This document shows positions 49,651 through 63,204 of a DNA stretch of 64,000 bases, piece after piece. Origin of the DNA: Carcharhinus amblyrhynchos (Eukaryota); contig OZ336874.1 in assembly GCA_965287045.1 (NCBI GenBank), positions 58,156,001 through 58,220,000 of the forward strand, read 5' to 3'. Under the pieces are notes generated by a model. The model was not told the DNA's origin, did no database searches, and was given only the letters and a program-made list of their open reading frames with translations. The position numbers and the translations under genes are program-made. Each line of letters opens with the position of its first letter. Within the stretch, counting starts at the first letter, position 1.

Positions 49651-51911
49651 CTTGCCAACCGATAAGATCGTTCTTCGCCCTTCAAACATCCAAAATCCAG
49701 GGGAAGAGGATATCTCCTCTGCTTCCTGCCATTTTCTGAAATCTTGAATTGCAGGTGCCTGTAGCCAAAATGTACCTCCTTTTTAACAGTGACTGGAACA
49801 CTCACCACTTCCACACTGCTTCAGTTATGCCAGCTGCCACTTAAAAGCTTAGCTATTCCATTCAAATGAAACGCAGGGACCAATTTGGGGCTTTTAATTG
49901 TCCCCAAGTAATCAGTTGCGCACTTTGAGCATGCCAAACATTTGACCCTGAGAAATAGCTTGAAACAATTTTACCCCAGTGCCTCTTGGTGACATGAATC
50001 CCTTTTCTGCCAGTGGATCATCCATTGCCATTTTAAAAAAATGAAACTTAGCTTAGGTTCTCTGCATGTTGAAGGAAATTTAGTTTGCTGTGGTTTATGT
50101 TCTTTTTGCTTTCTGCTTGTATGACAAATTACCCATGACGTTTTAGAGAAGCTGCTTTTAAAAATTCTCCGACAATTTTTTGCAGCTTCATACTCTAATG
50201 TGACTATGATCTGCCAGTGAAAATCCTTAGCTTGCTTTGTGCTGTCCTAATTGCTCTTCTCATGTGTATCAAGATCATCTTTGAAAATTACATCCTTTTA
50301 ACGCTTGAACATATTTTGTTCTTTCCCATATTATGTTTCGTTCATTAAGATGCAGTTAGCCACACATGCATAAAGCGTATCATAATGAGTATGTAGGTGA
50401 ATTAAAATGTCATAATTTGCACCAGGTGCAGCATAGAATTATCACATAATATTATTTGGAGCTTAATGACTATCTAATTGTTTAAATGTGCAGCACACCA
50501 AGTTATTTATCAACACTATGAGCTTATTCGTGCATTAACCACATTATGCTTGGGTTAGGCTAGTGAGGATAAATGAGTTGTCATGGGCTTCAGGTCTGTT
50601 TTTCAGACATGCTTCCTTTATTTCTTACAGCCGGGAAAGTATTGGTCCCAGGAGGATTGGTGTGGCAGCTGAGGAAACATATCTGAATAATAGACATTAT
50701 ATTCACATTAGGGAGCCTGCCATCTTGCTTGTGATGCACGATTGGGTTTTCTTTTCAAAAGATGATTTGCGTTTGCCACTTGAGGTTTTTCTTTTGAATT
50801 CTGTTGGCAAGAGAGTCAGCTTGAGAGTCCAGATTAGCCATTATGTAGGCTTCAAACCACACAATTCACAATGACAGGAGGTAATGCGATGTTAAGCATT
50901 GAAATGCTTTTTAAGTAATAGTTGGAAAAATATGTGTTTAGTTTGCTTGGCCAATTTAGTAATGGGAACACTGAGCTTCTTTTAAGGAATTTCATTATGT
51001 AAAGTTAAATTTTGTTTTGTTTCTGTTAATGCAACATGTATCAGTGCTTGAGGAAAAGTCTCCTGTCTGCATTACACAGCAAATTATCTTGACACATTGC
51101 TAAATAATGGAATAATGAAGTAATCCTCATCAGCTCTTGTGCATAAATGAACTTAAGTGATTTATAGTAGCATGATGTCTCTTCCCTAAATTGATTTTTC
51201 TTTCAATATTGTAGAGCAGATGAAAGTCTTTATTTTCCCCCTTTTGCCTCCATCTATCAGTCATTTGGTGTGGTCTAGGTCATACCGGTGTCAGATTCTC
51301 TGCAAGGAGCTCTAGACCAGCTGAGTCCCACTCTGAATTTTTTTAATTTATTTTTGAGCTCTTGACAATATACTGTACCTAAGGTGCTTGGTGTATTGCC
51401 TACCACTGTCTTAAAAAGATAAGCTGTATTTAATATTGTTACGTGACACAAGTAGCTCCATAATACAATGTTCTATTATGGTTAACCACCCCTGTTTGTC
51501 CTGTAGGTAAGTTCCAGCAAAAAATAGTCGCTCAGATAGTTACACAAAAAAGTGCACTAACTGGGAAAGAAGTTACAACGGCCCCAGCCAACATGATGAC
51601 CCAATGTCATCTGCTGCATTTGGAGGCAAATTATGATATCTTAAATACTGATTCAAGACTGAGACTGTAATTTTGGTTTGCAATGCCTTGCCATTTAGAT
51701 TCTGAGATCAAGCTAGGAATAACATTTTGTCATACAGGCTAGATATTAAGCTTTGAAGGGAGGAATTGAGGCCAAGATCACTAGTCTTTAAGAAAGCACT
51801 ATAAGCCAAAGAAAGAAAAAAATGGAAAATTTAAATTGCATGTTAAAAGTTGCATATTTAATTTGTCACAATAGATGACATTCTTTGAGAATTAATTTTT
51901 AGAATCATTTT

Positions 51912-52218
51912 TCATAGAATACCTATCGTGCAGAAGGAGGCCATTGGCCCCTTCAAGCATTCATGAACAAGAATCCCACTCAGACCCTATCCCTATAACC
52001 CCTAAATATTTGCCCTCTTAACTCCCCTGAAACTAAGGGTCAATTTAGCACAGCCGATCAGCCTAACCCATATATCTTTCGAGTGTGGGAGGAAACCAGA
52101 GTACCTGGAGGAAACCCATGCAGAGAGAGAGTGTGCAAACTCCACACAGTCACACAAGCCTGGAATTGAACCTGGATTCCTAGCACTGAGACAGCAGTGC
52201 TAACCAGTATGCCACCCC
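51912..52218 (-). mobile_element. HE1-type SINE
   Basis: catagaaatacctatcgtgcagaaggaggcc...ggaattgaacctggattcctagcactgagacagcagtgctaaccagtatgccacc (reverse-complemented A and B boxes). Confidence 0.9.
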
Positions 52219-53384
52219 CAAATTGATCTTTATGTCTTGCTGATTTTTTTATAATCATGGACCATGATCACACGAAAAGGTGAAAAGCAAAACCAGTTCT
52301 AATTTTTATTTATTTACTCCAAACAAAGATCACCAGTTGAGAATGCTGGGACTAAGTGACAACTCTGCCATGAGGTGACACTGAAGGGGAAGAATAAGAA
52401 TTGTAGAACTATGCCTGGAATCAATTGCTGCCACATGAAATACCAGAGGGTTTTACAAGGCCAGTTCTAGTTTGCTCATTCCAGCTTACAGAAAAGTGGA
52501 GTGCCTATCTAGTTACAGTTTACATAGGCATTGCTCCATTCAGCTTTGCCTTGTTTAGTGTTTGATATTCAGTGAGATCATGCCTGATGCAATCATTGTT
52601 GTAGGTTGAAAAAGTTAAGAAATTAGTCTATCTATCAAGCCCAGAACCGGCTGTGTTTTATGTCAGGGCATCATTTGGGGTTGAACTAAAAGTGAGACTA
52701 TCGGTGCTTGTAATTATTTATGTGAAAATGGCACAGCCATGGTACAGTCAGAAATGCAGCTAAACATCCAAAAGGTGCTATCTCAGATGTACTGCTACTG
52801 CATAAATTTCATGAAAATGGCATTTTGTGATCTGTCTCACTACTGAAGTGTATTGAATGTCTAAGGTTGCTGTTTTTGGACAGTGAACTGAACTCGCCAC
52901 AGAAAGAAATGACTTGTCCAGTCTCAGTACCTTTCCAAAGAAATTATAGGTTGGCTGGCATAATTTAAACTTATCTAGCACTGAAAATTAGCCACTACAA
53001 ATGCCTAATTCTTTCAGGTCTAATTGCTGTTGGAGATGTTAAAAATGTAAATTTTTATTAACTTTTTTACTTTTCCATTTGTCTCTTTCATCTTTCTTGA
53101 TCCAATCTTTCTTTGCCTCTGCTTGTTTCTGTTTCTGTACCTGCTTTGACATTGAATTCACTCACTCCAATTTATCGTCCTTCTCGATCTTGTGCTGTTC
53201 CTTTCACAACCCTTCAATCTGATGGGTAAGGCGACACACATTTTATTATCCTTTGCAGCCATGTCTCAGATATCAAATTTCCTGCACTGATTCATTATCA
53301 CCTTGTGCTTTCGACATCTAGCGACATTAAAGATTTAAAAATCTACACGTGCAATGTCAAATCTAACCCCAATGGCAAATAGGA

Positions 53385-53678
53385 TGGCAGGATGGCATGG
53401 TGGCATAATGGTTAGCACTGCTGCCTCACAGCATCAGAGACCCGGTTTTGATTCCAGCCTTGGGTGACTGCAGAGTTTGCATGTTCTTTCCCGAGTGCTC
53501 CGGTGTCTTTCCACACCCCAAAAATGTGCAGGTTAATTGGATTGGCTATGCTAAATTGGCCCTAAGTGTCCAAATTTGAGTAGGTTTGGTGAATTAACCA
53601 TGAGTAAATATGCAGGATTATTGGGATAAGGCAGGGAGGTGGGCAAAATGGCCTCTTTTGGCACTGTGGAAATTCTAA
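53385..53678 (+). mobile_element. HE1-type SINE
   Basis: ggtggcataatggttagcactgctgcctcacagc...gacccggttttgattccagcc (A and B boxes) and tail aaatggcctcttttggcactgt. Confidence 0.9.
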
Positions 53679-53989
53679 AGTTAGATGTTATGCTGTAGCA
53701 AAATTATGTCCCAGTACTGATGCAATGATCCAGTCTTCAGGAGATAAGTCATTTAAAAATGCATTTATTGTGAAAATTCGCTGCACGGAGCAACGAAGGA
53801 TACATGTATTTTACTTCAGGTTTTAGGTTAGCTGTAACTTAATAATTTACTTCACTTTAGTTTCAAGTTAATCCTTTGTCCTAGGAACTATATGGAACAG
53901 TAGTAATATTAGTATTTGGGACCTACGTTTGAAACCAGACCAAATTTCCAGCATGAAAATTTGTGCTGGTTTCACAAAATTTGTCAAAA

Positions 53990-56105
53990 GCTATTTCTCA
54001 GGGAACAGTGCTGGAACACTTTACTGTTTGTAATTATATATAAATGAATTGGAGGAAAATGTAACTGGATTGATTAGTAAGTTTGTGGACGACACAAGTT
54101 GGTGGATTTGCGGATAGTGATGAGGACCGTCAGAGGATACAGCAGGATATAGATCAGTTGGAGACTTGGGTGGAGAGATGGCAGATGGAGTTTAATCCAG
54201 ACAAATGTGAGGTAATGCATTTAGGAAAGTCTAATACAAATAGGAAATATACAGTAAATGGCTGAACCCTTCAGAGTATTGATAGGCAAAGGGACCTGGG
54301 TGTACGGGTACACAGGTCACTGAAAGTGGCAATGCAGGTGGAGAAGGTAGTCAAGAAAGCATATGGTATGCTTGCCTTCATCGGCAGGGGCATTGAGCTT
54401 AAAAATTGGTAAGTCATGTTGCAGCTTTATAGAACCTTAGGGCGCGATTTTACCATTTTGATCCTGAAAGTCGATTCTGGGTGTAGTACAGATCTGATTC
54501 AGAAATCTCCTTTCAGGTGCCCCCGTACGCTCTCAGTCATTTCCAGCACTGTGGGTGCGGCTTAGTGTGCGCAGTTCAAAAAAAAATTTGAAAAAGCAAG
54601 CCCATGTCAAAATGTACCACTATACATTTATCCGGGTTGATGTCCATCTGCCACTTCTCAGCCCAGTCTTGCATGCTATCTATGTCACACTGCAACTTCT
54701 GACATCCCTCCAAACTGTCCACAACACCTCCAACCTTCGTGTCATCGGCAAACTTACCAAATCATCCCTCCAGTTCCTCATCCAGGTCATTTATAAAAAT
54801 CAAAAACAGCAAGAGTCCTAGAACAGATCCCTGGGGCACTCCACTGGTGACCGACCTCAATCAGAAAAAGACCCATCTACAACTACTCTCTGCCTTCTGT
54901 GGGCAAGCCAGTTCTGAATCCACAAAGCAACATTGCCTTGGATCCCATGCCCCCTCACCTTCTCAATAAGCCTTGCATGGGAAACCTTATCGAACGCCTT
55001 GCTGAAGTCCGTATAAACCACATCCACTGCTCTTCCTTCATCAATGTGTTTAGTCACATTTTTAAAAAACTCAACTAGGCTCGTAAGACATGATCTGCCT
55101 TTAACAAAGCCGTGCTGACTACTTTTGATCATACTACTCTAAATGTTCATAAATCCTGTCTCTCAGGATCTTTTCCATTAACTTACCAGCCACTGAGGTT
55201 AGACTCACTGGTTGATGATTTCCTGGGCTACCTCTGTTCCCTTTCTTGAATATAGGAACCTCTCCCGTCTCCATCGATGACACAAAAATCATCGCCAAAG
55301 GCACTGCAATCTCTTCCCTCGCCTCCCATGGTAACCTGGGGTACACTCCATCCGGTCCCTTGTCTATCTTGATGCTATTCAAAAGCTTCAACATATCATC
55401 TTAATGTCCACACACTCGTTGTGCCAGATTTGGGCATGGAACGGATCTGTGCCATTCGCAGGTCTTGGTAAAGTCGCGATCTGCTCGGACTCAGGTGCAG
55501 ATCACGATAAAGGCCTCACACCTGATTTACCAAGATTTCGCGCCTGAAAATGGGCGCAAATTGTTGGTAAAATTGGGCCCATAGTGTGGTGAACAGAATT
55601 GAACACTATCAGAAGGATGTGGAGGCTTTGGAGAGGGTACAAGAAAGATTTATCAGGATGTTGCCTGGTATGGAGGGCATTACATGAGGAAAGTTTGGAG
55701 AAACTTGGATTGTTCTCACTGGAGCGATGGAGGTTGAGGGGAGACCTGATAGCAGTCTACAAGGTTATGAGAGGCATGGACAGAGTGGATAGCCAGAAGT
55801 GTTTTCAGGGTGGAAGAGTCAATTACTCAGGGGCAAAGGTTTAAGGTGTGAGGGGCAAGATTTAAAGGAGATGTACGAAGCAGATTTTTACAGAGTAGTG
55901 GGTGCCTGGAGCTCGTTGCTAGGGAAGGTAGTGGAAGCGAATATGGTAATGACTTTTAAGGGGCGTCTTGACAAGTACATGAAAGAGGTGAGAATAGAGG
56001 GATATGGTCCTCAGAAGGGTAGGGTGTTTTGGTTAAGTTGGGCAGCATGGTGCAGGCTTGGAGGGCCAAAGGGCCTGTTCCTGTGCTGTAATTTTCTTTG
56101 TTCTT
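53990..56105 (+). mobile_element. CR1 LINE 3' part split by a nested insertion (pieces 53990-54439 and 55581-56105)
   Basis: ORF 54083..54265 reads IQQDIDQLETWVERWQMEFNPDKCEVMHLG; ORFs 55599 and 55799 continue LEKLGLFSLERWRLRGDLI and RVVGAWSSL. Confidence 0.92.
54440..55580. mobile_element. Harbinger-type MITE with 16-bp TIRs, containing a nested - strand CR1 RT fragment (~54600-55400)
   Basis: TIRs GGGCGCGATTTTACCA (54440-55) and TGGTAAAATTGGGCCC (55565-80) match at 14/16; flanks are TTA and ATA. ORFs 54857..55132 (SQHGFVKGRSCLT...DFSKAFDKV) and 55134..55394 lie inside. Confidence 0.85.
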
Positions 56106-56819
56106 TGAAAATCTTCCTTTTCAGTTGACTTTAAGGTGACTACATGAATATAGTTTGGGAATGCCCCAGGGCATTCTCAGCTGGAAAAATTGAACTAAGT
56201 TATCCGTTTGGCAATCTCACTATTTATAATGAAATCATAAATTGATACTATACTTCATTTGTTGATCTATCTTGTAATAACTCACTTTACTTAAAAAAAA
56301 AACATTGAATTTATACTTATTGGTCTGCATTTGTCACTTGCAAGTTAACGAATAAAAATGTTGTATTTAGTGGCAAGCCTCAGCTGTTAATTTGAAGCTC
56401 CAGGAACCTGAGAGAACAGCATGTGGGTTTGACTATAATGTGAAATTCAACTTGTGCTGCTGTCTGCAGATCTGCTGAAGAGATCTCAATGCAGCAAAGA
56501 GTCATCTTCCTCTAAGTAATGAGAGAGAAAGCTGCACATGTACACCATTTTATTTCATATTTATTTTCCATGGGGGATTTTGTCAACCCAAACCAAAATG
56601 TCTCCTTTAAGTTGCAGTTCGCAATTGGATAGCACTTGCTGAATAATCCTGAGTGCTACACAATCTGTCAATTCAAGGTAATGGGTCAAACTTGTAAGGT
56701 GATTCATTTACACTTACAAGATGTGACATACAGTCATTCACAGGGACCTAATTTCCACAATCAGAAAAAATATGTTCAAGCTTGTACCTTTTTTGGAATT
56801 ATCTGAAAGCATGACAAAC

Positions 56820-57131
56820 CATGGTGGCACATTGGTTAATACTGCTGCCTCACAGTGCCAGGATCCCGGATTCAATTCCAGCCTTGGGTGACTTTCTGTA
56901 TATAAGTAACACTCTCTCCCCAAATCCGCGTGGGTTTCCTCCAGTGCTCCGGTTTCCACCAACACTGCAAGGTGTGCAGGCTCCGTTGATTGCCCATTCA
57001 AAGTTGCCCCTTAGTGTCGGGAGATTGGCAGAGTTAGTACATGGGGTTACGAGAATAGGATCTGGTTTGTTGTCAGTACAGGCTGAATGGGCCAAATGGC
57101 CTCCTGCACTATAGGGATTTTATGATTCTAT
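56820..57131 (+). mobile_element. HE1-type SINE
   Basis: ggtggcacattggttaatactgctgcctcacagtgccaggatcccggattcaattcc...aaatggcctcctgcactatagggattttatgattcta. Confidence 0.9.
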
Positions 57132-57149
57132 TATTGCCTGTTGCTTTGG

Positions 57150-57310
57150 CCAAGGGATTGCCATGGAGAATTAGAATCGACTTGCCAGCTAATCTGTACC
57201 ACTTTCTCCTCTGGTATTAATTGTGATCATTTAAAATTTGTTATTCTTGCATTTCTCCGGACAAATGTAAGATGAAAAGTTTTGGCAATATCCCTCTTTT
57301 CTCAGCAATA
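57150..57310 (+). mobile_element. Penelope 3' UTR remnant (same family as 11040-11200) with a decayed hammerhead
   Basis: tttctccggacaaatgtaagatgaaaagttttggcaatatccctcttttt is similar to the reverse complement of 11045-11100. Confidence 0.5.
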
Positions 57311-60300
57311 AAACAATTTAGGTACTTTGGTCAGGTTATTAACAATATAGTATGAGGCCTGGCTTTTATGAAGTGCTTTGCTCAATGACACTGAGCTATG
57401 TGATGATTTTGAAGTTATGCCTATTTGACATTGCGAATGAAATTAATGCCATCGGATCATTGCTTGGCCTACCCCAAAATACTCTGACCTAGCATGAAAT
57501 GAGAAGATGTCTGGTCTTGAAGATTAAGTGTATGTTGCAGCCAAAACCTGCCACAGCTGCATGATTTTGATAGACTGCAGGGAATTTTATAAACTGGGCT
57601 TTAAATCTTGTTAATCCTAAGGTCAAAGTTGTTACATTAACAAAATAGGCCTAAAGCAGCCTTCATAAAGTACTAAGCTGCAATGTGCTATAAAATGCCA
57701 GAGCACTTAATAAACTTTTTATAAGCAAAAATGGGTTCAAAGGTGAATTTGTGAGTAGCATCAAAAGCTTGCTCTAATTGTTGTAGCAGATGAATTATTT
57801 CTCTGCTTTTTGAGCTTCAAGGACATTGAGAATGGAGGAGGTAGATCATTTAATGGGGTAAAGATAATTGTAATGTGCACTTAGCCCACAGCACTTCCAG
57901 TGCCCCTTGAGATGGTCTATAGAATTTGTGTCATTGGTGTTTCTTACCACAGGGCTGTTTCAGCTCCAGTTGGTAAATTATAAATACTAGCCATAGAACT
58001 TGCCAATTCTCAACAGCATATTATTCTGCACTATACTTGCAGTATTGTCACAGTTGTTAATCTTTCAGCGAGCATCATCAGGCTTCAGTGAGGTTGAATG
58101 TATTGGCAGTCAACATCTGCCAACCAAGTTAGATGCTGTCAACACAAAAACTGAACAGAACCTCCCTGTAATTTTTTTAATAAAAGCCCTGGAATGGTTT
58201 CAAAGCAGCAATCTAATCATTGGATTCAGCTGACAGTTCAAAACCACTGAAGCTTCACTCTTGTGGTTCAGGGCATCGTCTAAACCTCTCGATTAGATTA
58301 GTGCAACGTAATTGCTCCCAGGCATCAATTATCCTCAGTATGCTCCACAAAGTGTATAAGGGTTTCCATTTGCATTGAAAACTCCAAATGAATTGTCCTT
58401 TTGCTTGTGGGTTTGGGGTTGGGGGGAGGGGTAGCGACTGCGGGGATGCTGCGGTTCATGGCCATTATCGTAGTCGTTGCCCAGTTTAAGTTTTAAATGC
58501 ATAATAAGGAAGACTGCCTACTGGAAGTGAAATGAAGTGTTGTCAGGATTCCAGAAGGCTGTGCCTTTTGGCTGCAAACCAGTAGTAAAGGTTACACGGG
58601 AGGTTACACTGGATTAAATTTCATTTGGGTCTTGTACAATTTATGTGAGACCGCTGGCTGTTCTTTAGCTTGACTGACCATCAATAAAAGACAGCTTAGT
58701 ATTAGCCTTAGAGAAGCATTCGCTGAAGTAGGCAGAAGGTTTTTGAGGCTGACAGAATGAAGCTTGAGGTATTGAGCAATCTTGTTTCTTGTGCTTGTAA
58801 CTCTATATCATTTTTAGCTGTGCTGGAAAATTGCACTGGTAGCTTTATATGTTAAAGCTTTTATTTCCTTTTGAGTCTGGTACTTGGGTAGCTTTATCGC
58901 ACGTTAGTGAGAACCATGTCATTTTAGCTAATATTTGAGATAGTTATCTTATATTTGCTGATTCAGCAAAGCAGAGAAAAAGAGGGGAAGAGCTTAATGC
59001 ATTCTAAACAGCATGTGATTGTCATGTGGCTCCACATCATTTTCTTGTTTCAATTTTTTCAAAACAAGGGCTATCTGAGCATTTAGGCACATTTTATTCG
59101 ACATTGCTCATACCCTTAACACATCACTGAACAAATTGCTCCTTGAATATGCTAATCCAGCCCAGTTCTTTAAATGGCTCACTGTTGCATGGAATGTGGA
59201 TTAGAACTGGACATGTTAAATTGTATCATGTGACAGTTAAACTTGCTATGTACAAGTCAGCAGTTCAATGTAAAATGTCATAGGTATGCATTGTTTTAAT
59301 TTTTAACTGAGATTACAATTGTGTTGGTCTTATCACAAATATTCCTCTCTATCATCTTTCTGTCGTCTTCAAAGTGTTTTTGTTTGCTTTTTAATTGAGG
59401 CTGAGTGGCCTACTGCAGCACCTAGTGCTTATATAGTTAAACTTGACTCATTTATTCTGTAACTGACTAATAATGCCAGTTTTTGAGCCTTGAGTCTACT
59501 GCCTGGGTACAAGAACCCTACTTAGTATAGTAGCGTAAACTCTGGACATCAGTTCATGGATGGAAAGCTACAGGACTTTGAATTATTATCAGACCATTAA
59601 ACAAGCAGCTAATATTGTCTTTGTAGGGAATACATTTTGGCTGCAGATGTTAATGCATGTACCATTTTGACAATCAGTTTATCTTTCACATGCACACAAA
59701 TCATAGAGATTGGGTTATATTGCCTCTTAGATTTGGTTCTTCCAGTCTTGATGTCATTACCTCATTATGTATATTAATCCAATGCCTTGCTGTACACCTG
59801 CAAATTGGAAGTGTGATTTGAAATCCCACTGCTGGGACTATCACTTCTACCTTAATTAGTCATCTGACTCTCAAATTGTACCACCACGTTTGCATTATGA
59901 TGAAGTGGAAAAGTGGCAATATAACTGCAGACTTAAATGAAAAATCCCCTAAATAGTTGGTGTTTGGCAAGGAGCTACTGTAAACAAACTGTCAGACTTT
60001 ATGGGCTAGGCAGTAAAATCTTAATTAATGAGTGATGTTAAATGCTTGTTATCCATGAGTATTTTGTCAGCAGTGTATTCTGCAGGTTAAACATTTAAAA
60101 TGTAGTCTTGAGGCTTCAGTGAGAGTATGACAAGTCTATTTATTTTTAAACAAATATCTCTCTTTACCAGCAATCGATAAATTGCTAAGGGCACTGAATA
60201 CTCTGTAAATATTGTATTTATAATTATTTGTTTTCAGTATCATAACCATTCACAGGATTGTAGACGGAAATTGAAAGGAGTGTTCTTTTGAATGCAGCTA

Positions 60301-60314
60301 TTATGTCTTTGCAG

Positions 60315-60434
60315 AGCAATTCCCTGTTGGTACCCGATGGTCTGCGAGGCACAGATAAGCGCAGGAATGGACCTGATTATTCTAATGATGTGAAAAAGAG
60401 GAAGGTTGATGATAAGGATTCCATGAGCCACTAT
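60315..60434 (+). CDS. TLE1: TLE1 coding exon (CcN domain with KKRK NLS; about exon 9), 120 nt, SNSLLVPDGLRGTDKRRNGPDYSNDVKKRKVDDKDSMSHY
   Basis: Acceptor tctttgcAG at 60313-14 and donor GTaagt at 60435; lies within ORF 60288..60521. SNSLLVPD..RGTDKRRNGP is TLE1-type rather than TLE3/TLE4-type as recalled. Confidence 0.95.
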
Positions 60435-60703
60435 GTAAGTGCATGCATTCCAGGCTTGAGAAACATGCAGGCTTGCCTTCAAGTGCAGAAACTTTTTTTT
60501 AAGTGCATTTTTCAAGGGTGAAAACTCACTAATGGTTTACACTACATCCATGAATGAAATCGAAGATTAAACTAAAAGTAATATAAATAACTGGGCAAAT
60601 TTCTCACCTTAGCTGCGAATTTCCTAGAATCGTGTAATCCTGCAGCAACTATTCGGCCCGTTATTCAGACTTGGCACCCCAGTCTCCATCTTAAAGGGTT
60701 TAT

Positions 60704-60992
60704 TTTTGCGTCACAAGTAGGCCTGCACTAACACTGCAATGAAGCTACTGTGAAAATCCCCTAGTCACCACACTCCAGTGCCTGTTTGGGTACATGGAGG
60801 GAGAATTTAGTATGGCCAATGCACCTAACCCGATTATCTTTGGACTGTGGGAGGAAATCGGGATACCGGCTGGAAACCCATGCAGATACAGGGAAAACAC
60901 GCAGACTCTACTCCAACAGTGACCCGAGGCTGGAATTGGAAATGGGTCCCTGGAGCTGTGAGGCAGCAGTGCTAACCACTATGCCACCGTGC
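60704..60992 (-). mobile_element. tRNA-derived SINE with HE1-like head and a different 3' tail
   Basis: ...gggtccctggagctgtgaggcagcagtgctaaccactatgccaccgtgc; the tail aacactgcaatgaag.tactgtgaaaatcccctagtc also occurs at 44100-44160. Confidence 0.85.
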
Positions 60993-61869
60993 TATCCATG
61001 CCTCACAACTCTTCCTCACAACTCTATATCCAATCTTGTTTCAGAAGTTTTTATTGAATCTGCTTGGACCACTTTTTCAGGTAGTGCATTCTGAGTCATA
61101 ACAATTTGCTGTGTTGAAAAAAAAATCCTCCCCTGTGTCCCTTCTGGATTTTTGGTTCATTATCTCAAAATACTTTGGTTACTGACCCTCATGGCAGTGG
61201 TAACTGCTTCTCCCTGTTTAAATAGTTTTGTTATTGAAATGCTGTTTATATGGGGATACACACTTGTAAACACTTTTGCGGGAGAAACTGGGAGGTAATT
61301 CTATGGCTTGGGCTGAGCTAGGAGGAGGAGAAGAGAATAGGGCCAAAAGAATTGAGGGCAGAAAATACACTGGCCTGAATATTAACAGGAGTAGGAATGG
61401 GAGCCAAGAGGAAGTACTTCTACATCTGGCTCACAAACAGTGCTGCAAAGGTGTCTTCCTTCTCCCCAGAGCTGTCCTTGCCTCACATCAGCTGCCAGAA
61501 CCCCAGCAATACACTTCATAACCTGCAGAATAGGTTAGATCAGAGGCTGCCAAGTTCATCAAAATATTTAAATTGCTGCCAACTTCCCTCCTGTGAGTGG
61601 GTTGGCAGTCCACCCTTTGTCGAGTATCCATTAACCTCAGAAATGGGCAGGTTCCTGAAACGCTCAGAATTTTCCATGATTTAATCTCATTCACATCTAA
61701 TCTTGCATAACAACTCGTATTAATTGCCTGCAATTTCCTAATCTCCCTCCACCTAGTAACTGCTATAGTCTTGAGGTAAATAGTTCACTTTGTATCTGAT
61801 GAATGCTTGGGGTGATCAAGCCGTTACTCCTTGTTAAGTTTATCTGAAAATATTTATTTTGTTTTAAAG

Positions 61870-61923
61870 GACAGTGATGGAGATAAAAGTGATGACAATT
61901 TAGTTGTGGATGTTTCTAATGAG
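61870..61923 (+). CDS. TLE1: TLE1 coding exon (CcN domain, CK2 site; about exon 10), 54 nt, DSDGDKSDDNLVVDVSNE
   Basis: Acceptor ttttgttttaaAG and donor GTttgt at 61924; highly conserved TLE motif. Confidence 0.95.
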
Positions 61924-62941
61924 GTTTGTACTCTTTTAAAATTTTGTGCATCATGCTGTTTGATACTTTACTGAAATTAATCACCTTGCTGAAATCTTTT
62001 GTCCTTCAAATGAGACTAGATCTAAAATTCAAATGTTATGTAACATTTCCCTCAAAATAATGGACAATGGAGTTTAACACATTGTAATAAACAGACTACA
62101 TTTTCACACAATATAATTTCAAGGCCCTTTCGTTTCCACTTACCACTATTTACAGAAGCTCATTTGTATTGGGCAATGGTTCCATGAGAACTGGAAGCTC
62201 AAGTACCCAAACTTTTAGAATTTTGGAAAGCAGTGTGACTGGAAAGGACATCGAAGACGAGCTTGATTTCTCTTCTCAGTTGATGTCTACCCACAAGCAC
62301 TTTTCAGCACTTAATAGCAACGTGAGCAGGAACCCTGGCTGAAATTTACCCCCACGTTTTGTTGCAGGCATTGAAGCCAGTTGTCTCCTTGCAGAGATTG
62401 GCAAATTGTTCATCACAGATCAGGGCCAAACCTTGGAACTTGTGTTTACATAACTATTTGCTTCAAGCACTAATGTTGGAGCTCTGGTGAAGTCCTTACC
62501 AGCTTTTATTATGCTGGTTGTTTTACCATGTTCATGTAAAGATAAAGGTTTTGCTGTCCAATGACTTTCCTCTCTGTATCATGGTAAAATATGTGGCAAT
62601 TTATAAATCTCAGCATCTTTTGCAACCCATTTCAATGCCTCATCCCCCTTTGTTGCTGTGCTGGAATGGAGTGGTGGACATCGACAAGGGGCCATTGACT
62701 GCTATGGAAGAATGAATGGCTGAAAAATCTCCACAGCCTTCCCTCATCTGTAACTTGGTTTGCAAGTTGGATTTTCAGAGTGTTTATTTTACTGAAGACT
62801 GCTAAGAGAAAAGGTCATGCTGCAATTCTATTTATTTTAATATATTGTGTAGTGACTTTTTTTCATCTCTCTGGTTTGGAAGATATCTAACTGTACTATC
62901 AGTTGCAATATTCTCCATTTGAGTCCTTGGTGTCAAATTCT

Positions 62942-63150
62942 AGGGCGGAATTTTGCCATGTGTGATGTTGGGTGGGAAGAGGGTAGCTCGCCAGCTGCAC
63001 TGCCAGGTTTTTTAAACTGTATTTTCAAACACTACGCCAAACAAAAATGAATGGGCCAGGTTCCAAGACATAATGTCTTGCCAGCAACCTAGGGTTTTAA
63101 ATGATCATGGTGATATTCTTAAAGGGTGCCTGATGTAAATAAATAAAAAT
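62942..63150. mobile_element. MITE left part (Harbinger-type TIR)
   Basis: The start tagggcggaattttgcc resembles the other MITE ends in the window. Confidence 0.45.
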
Positions 63151-63204
63151 TGAAATGACCCTGCCAAACGCATCCCCCCACCCCCCCCCCCTCCCTGGCA
63201 TTGT

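Noticed and set aside
53395-53460. tRNA-like A and B boxes (also at 14610, 52160-52218, 56820 and 60930-60990)
   Set aside because: These are SINE heads continuing into SINE body and tail, not tRNA genes.
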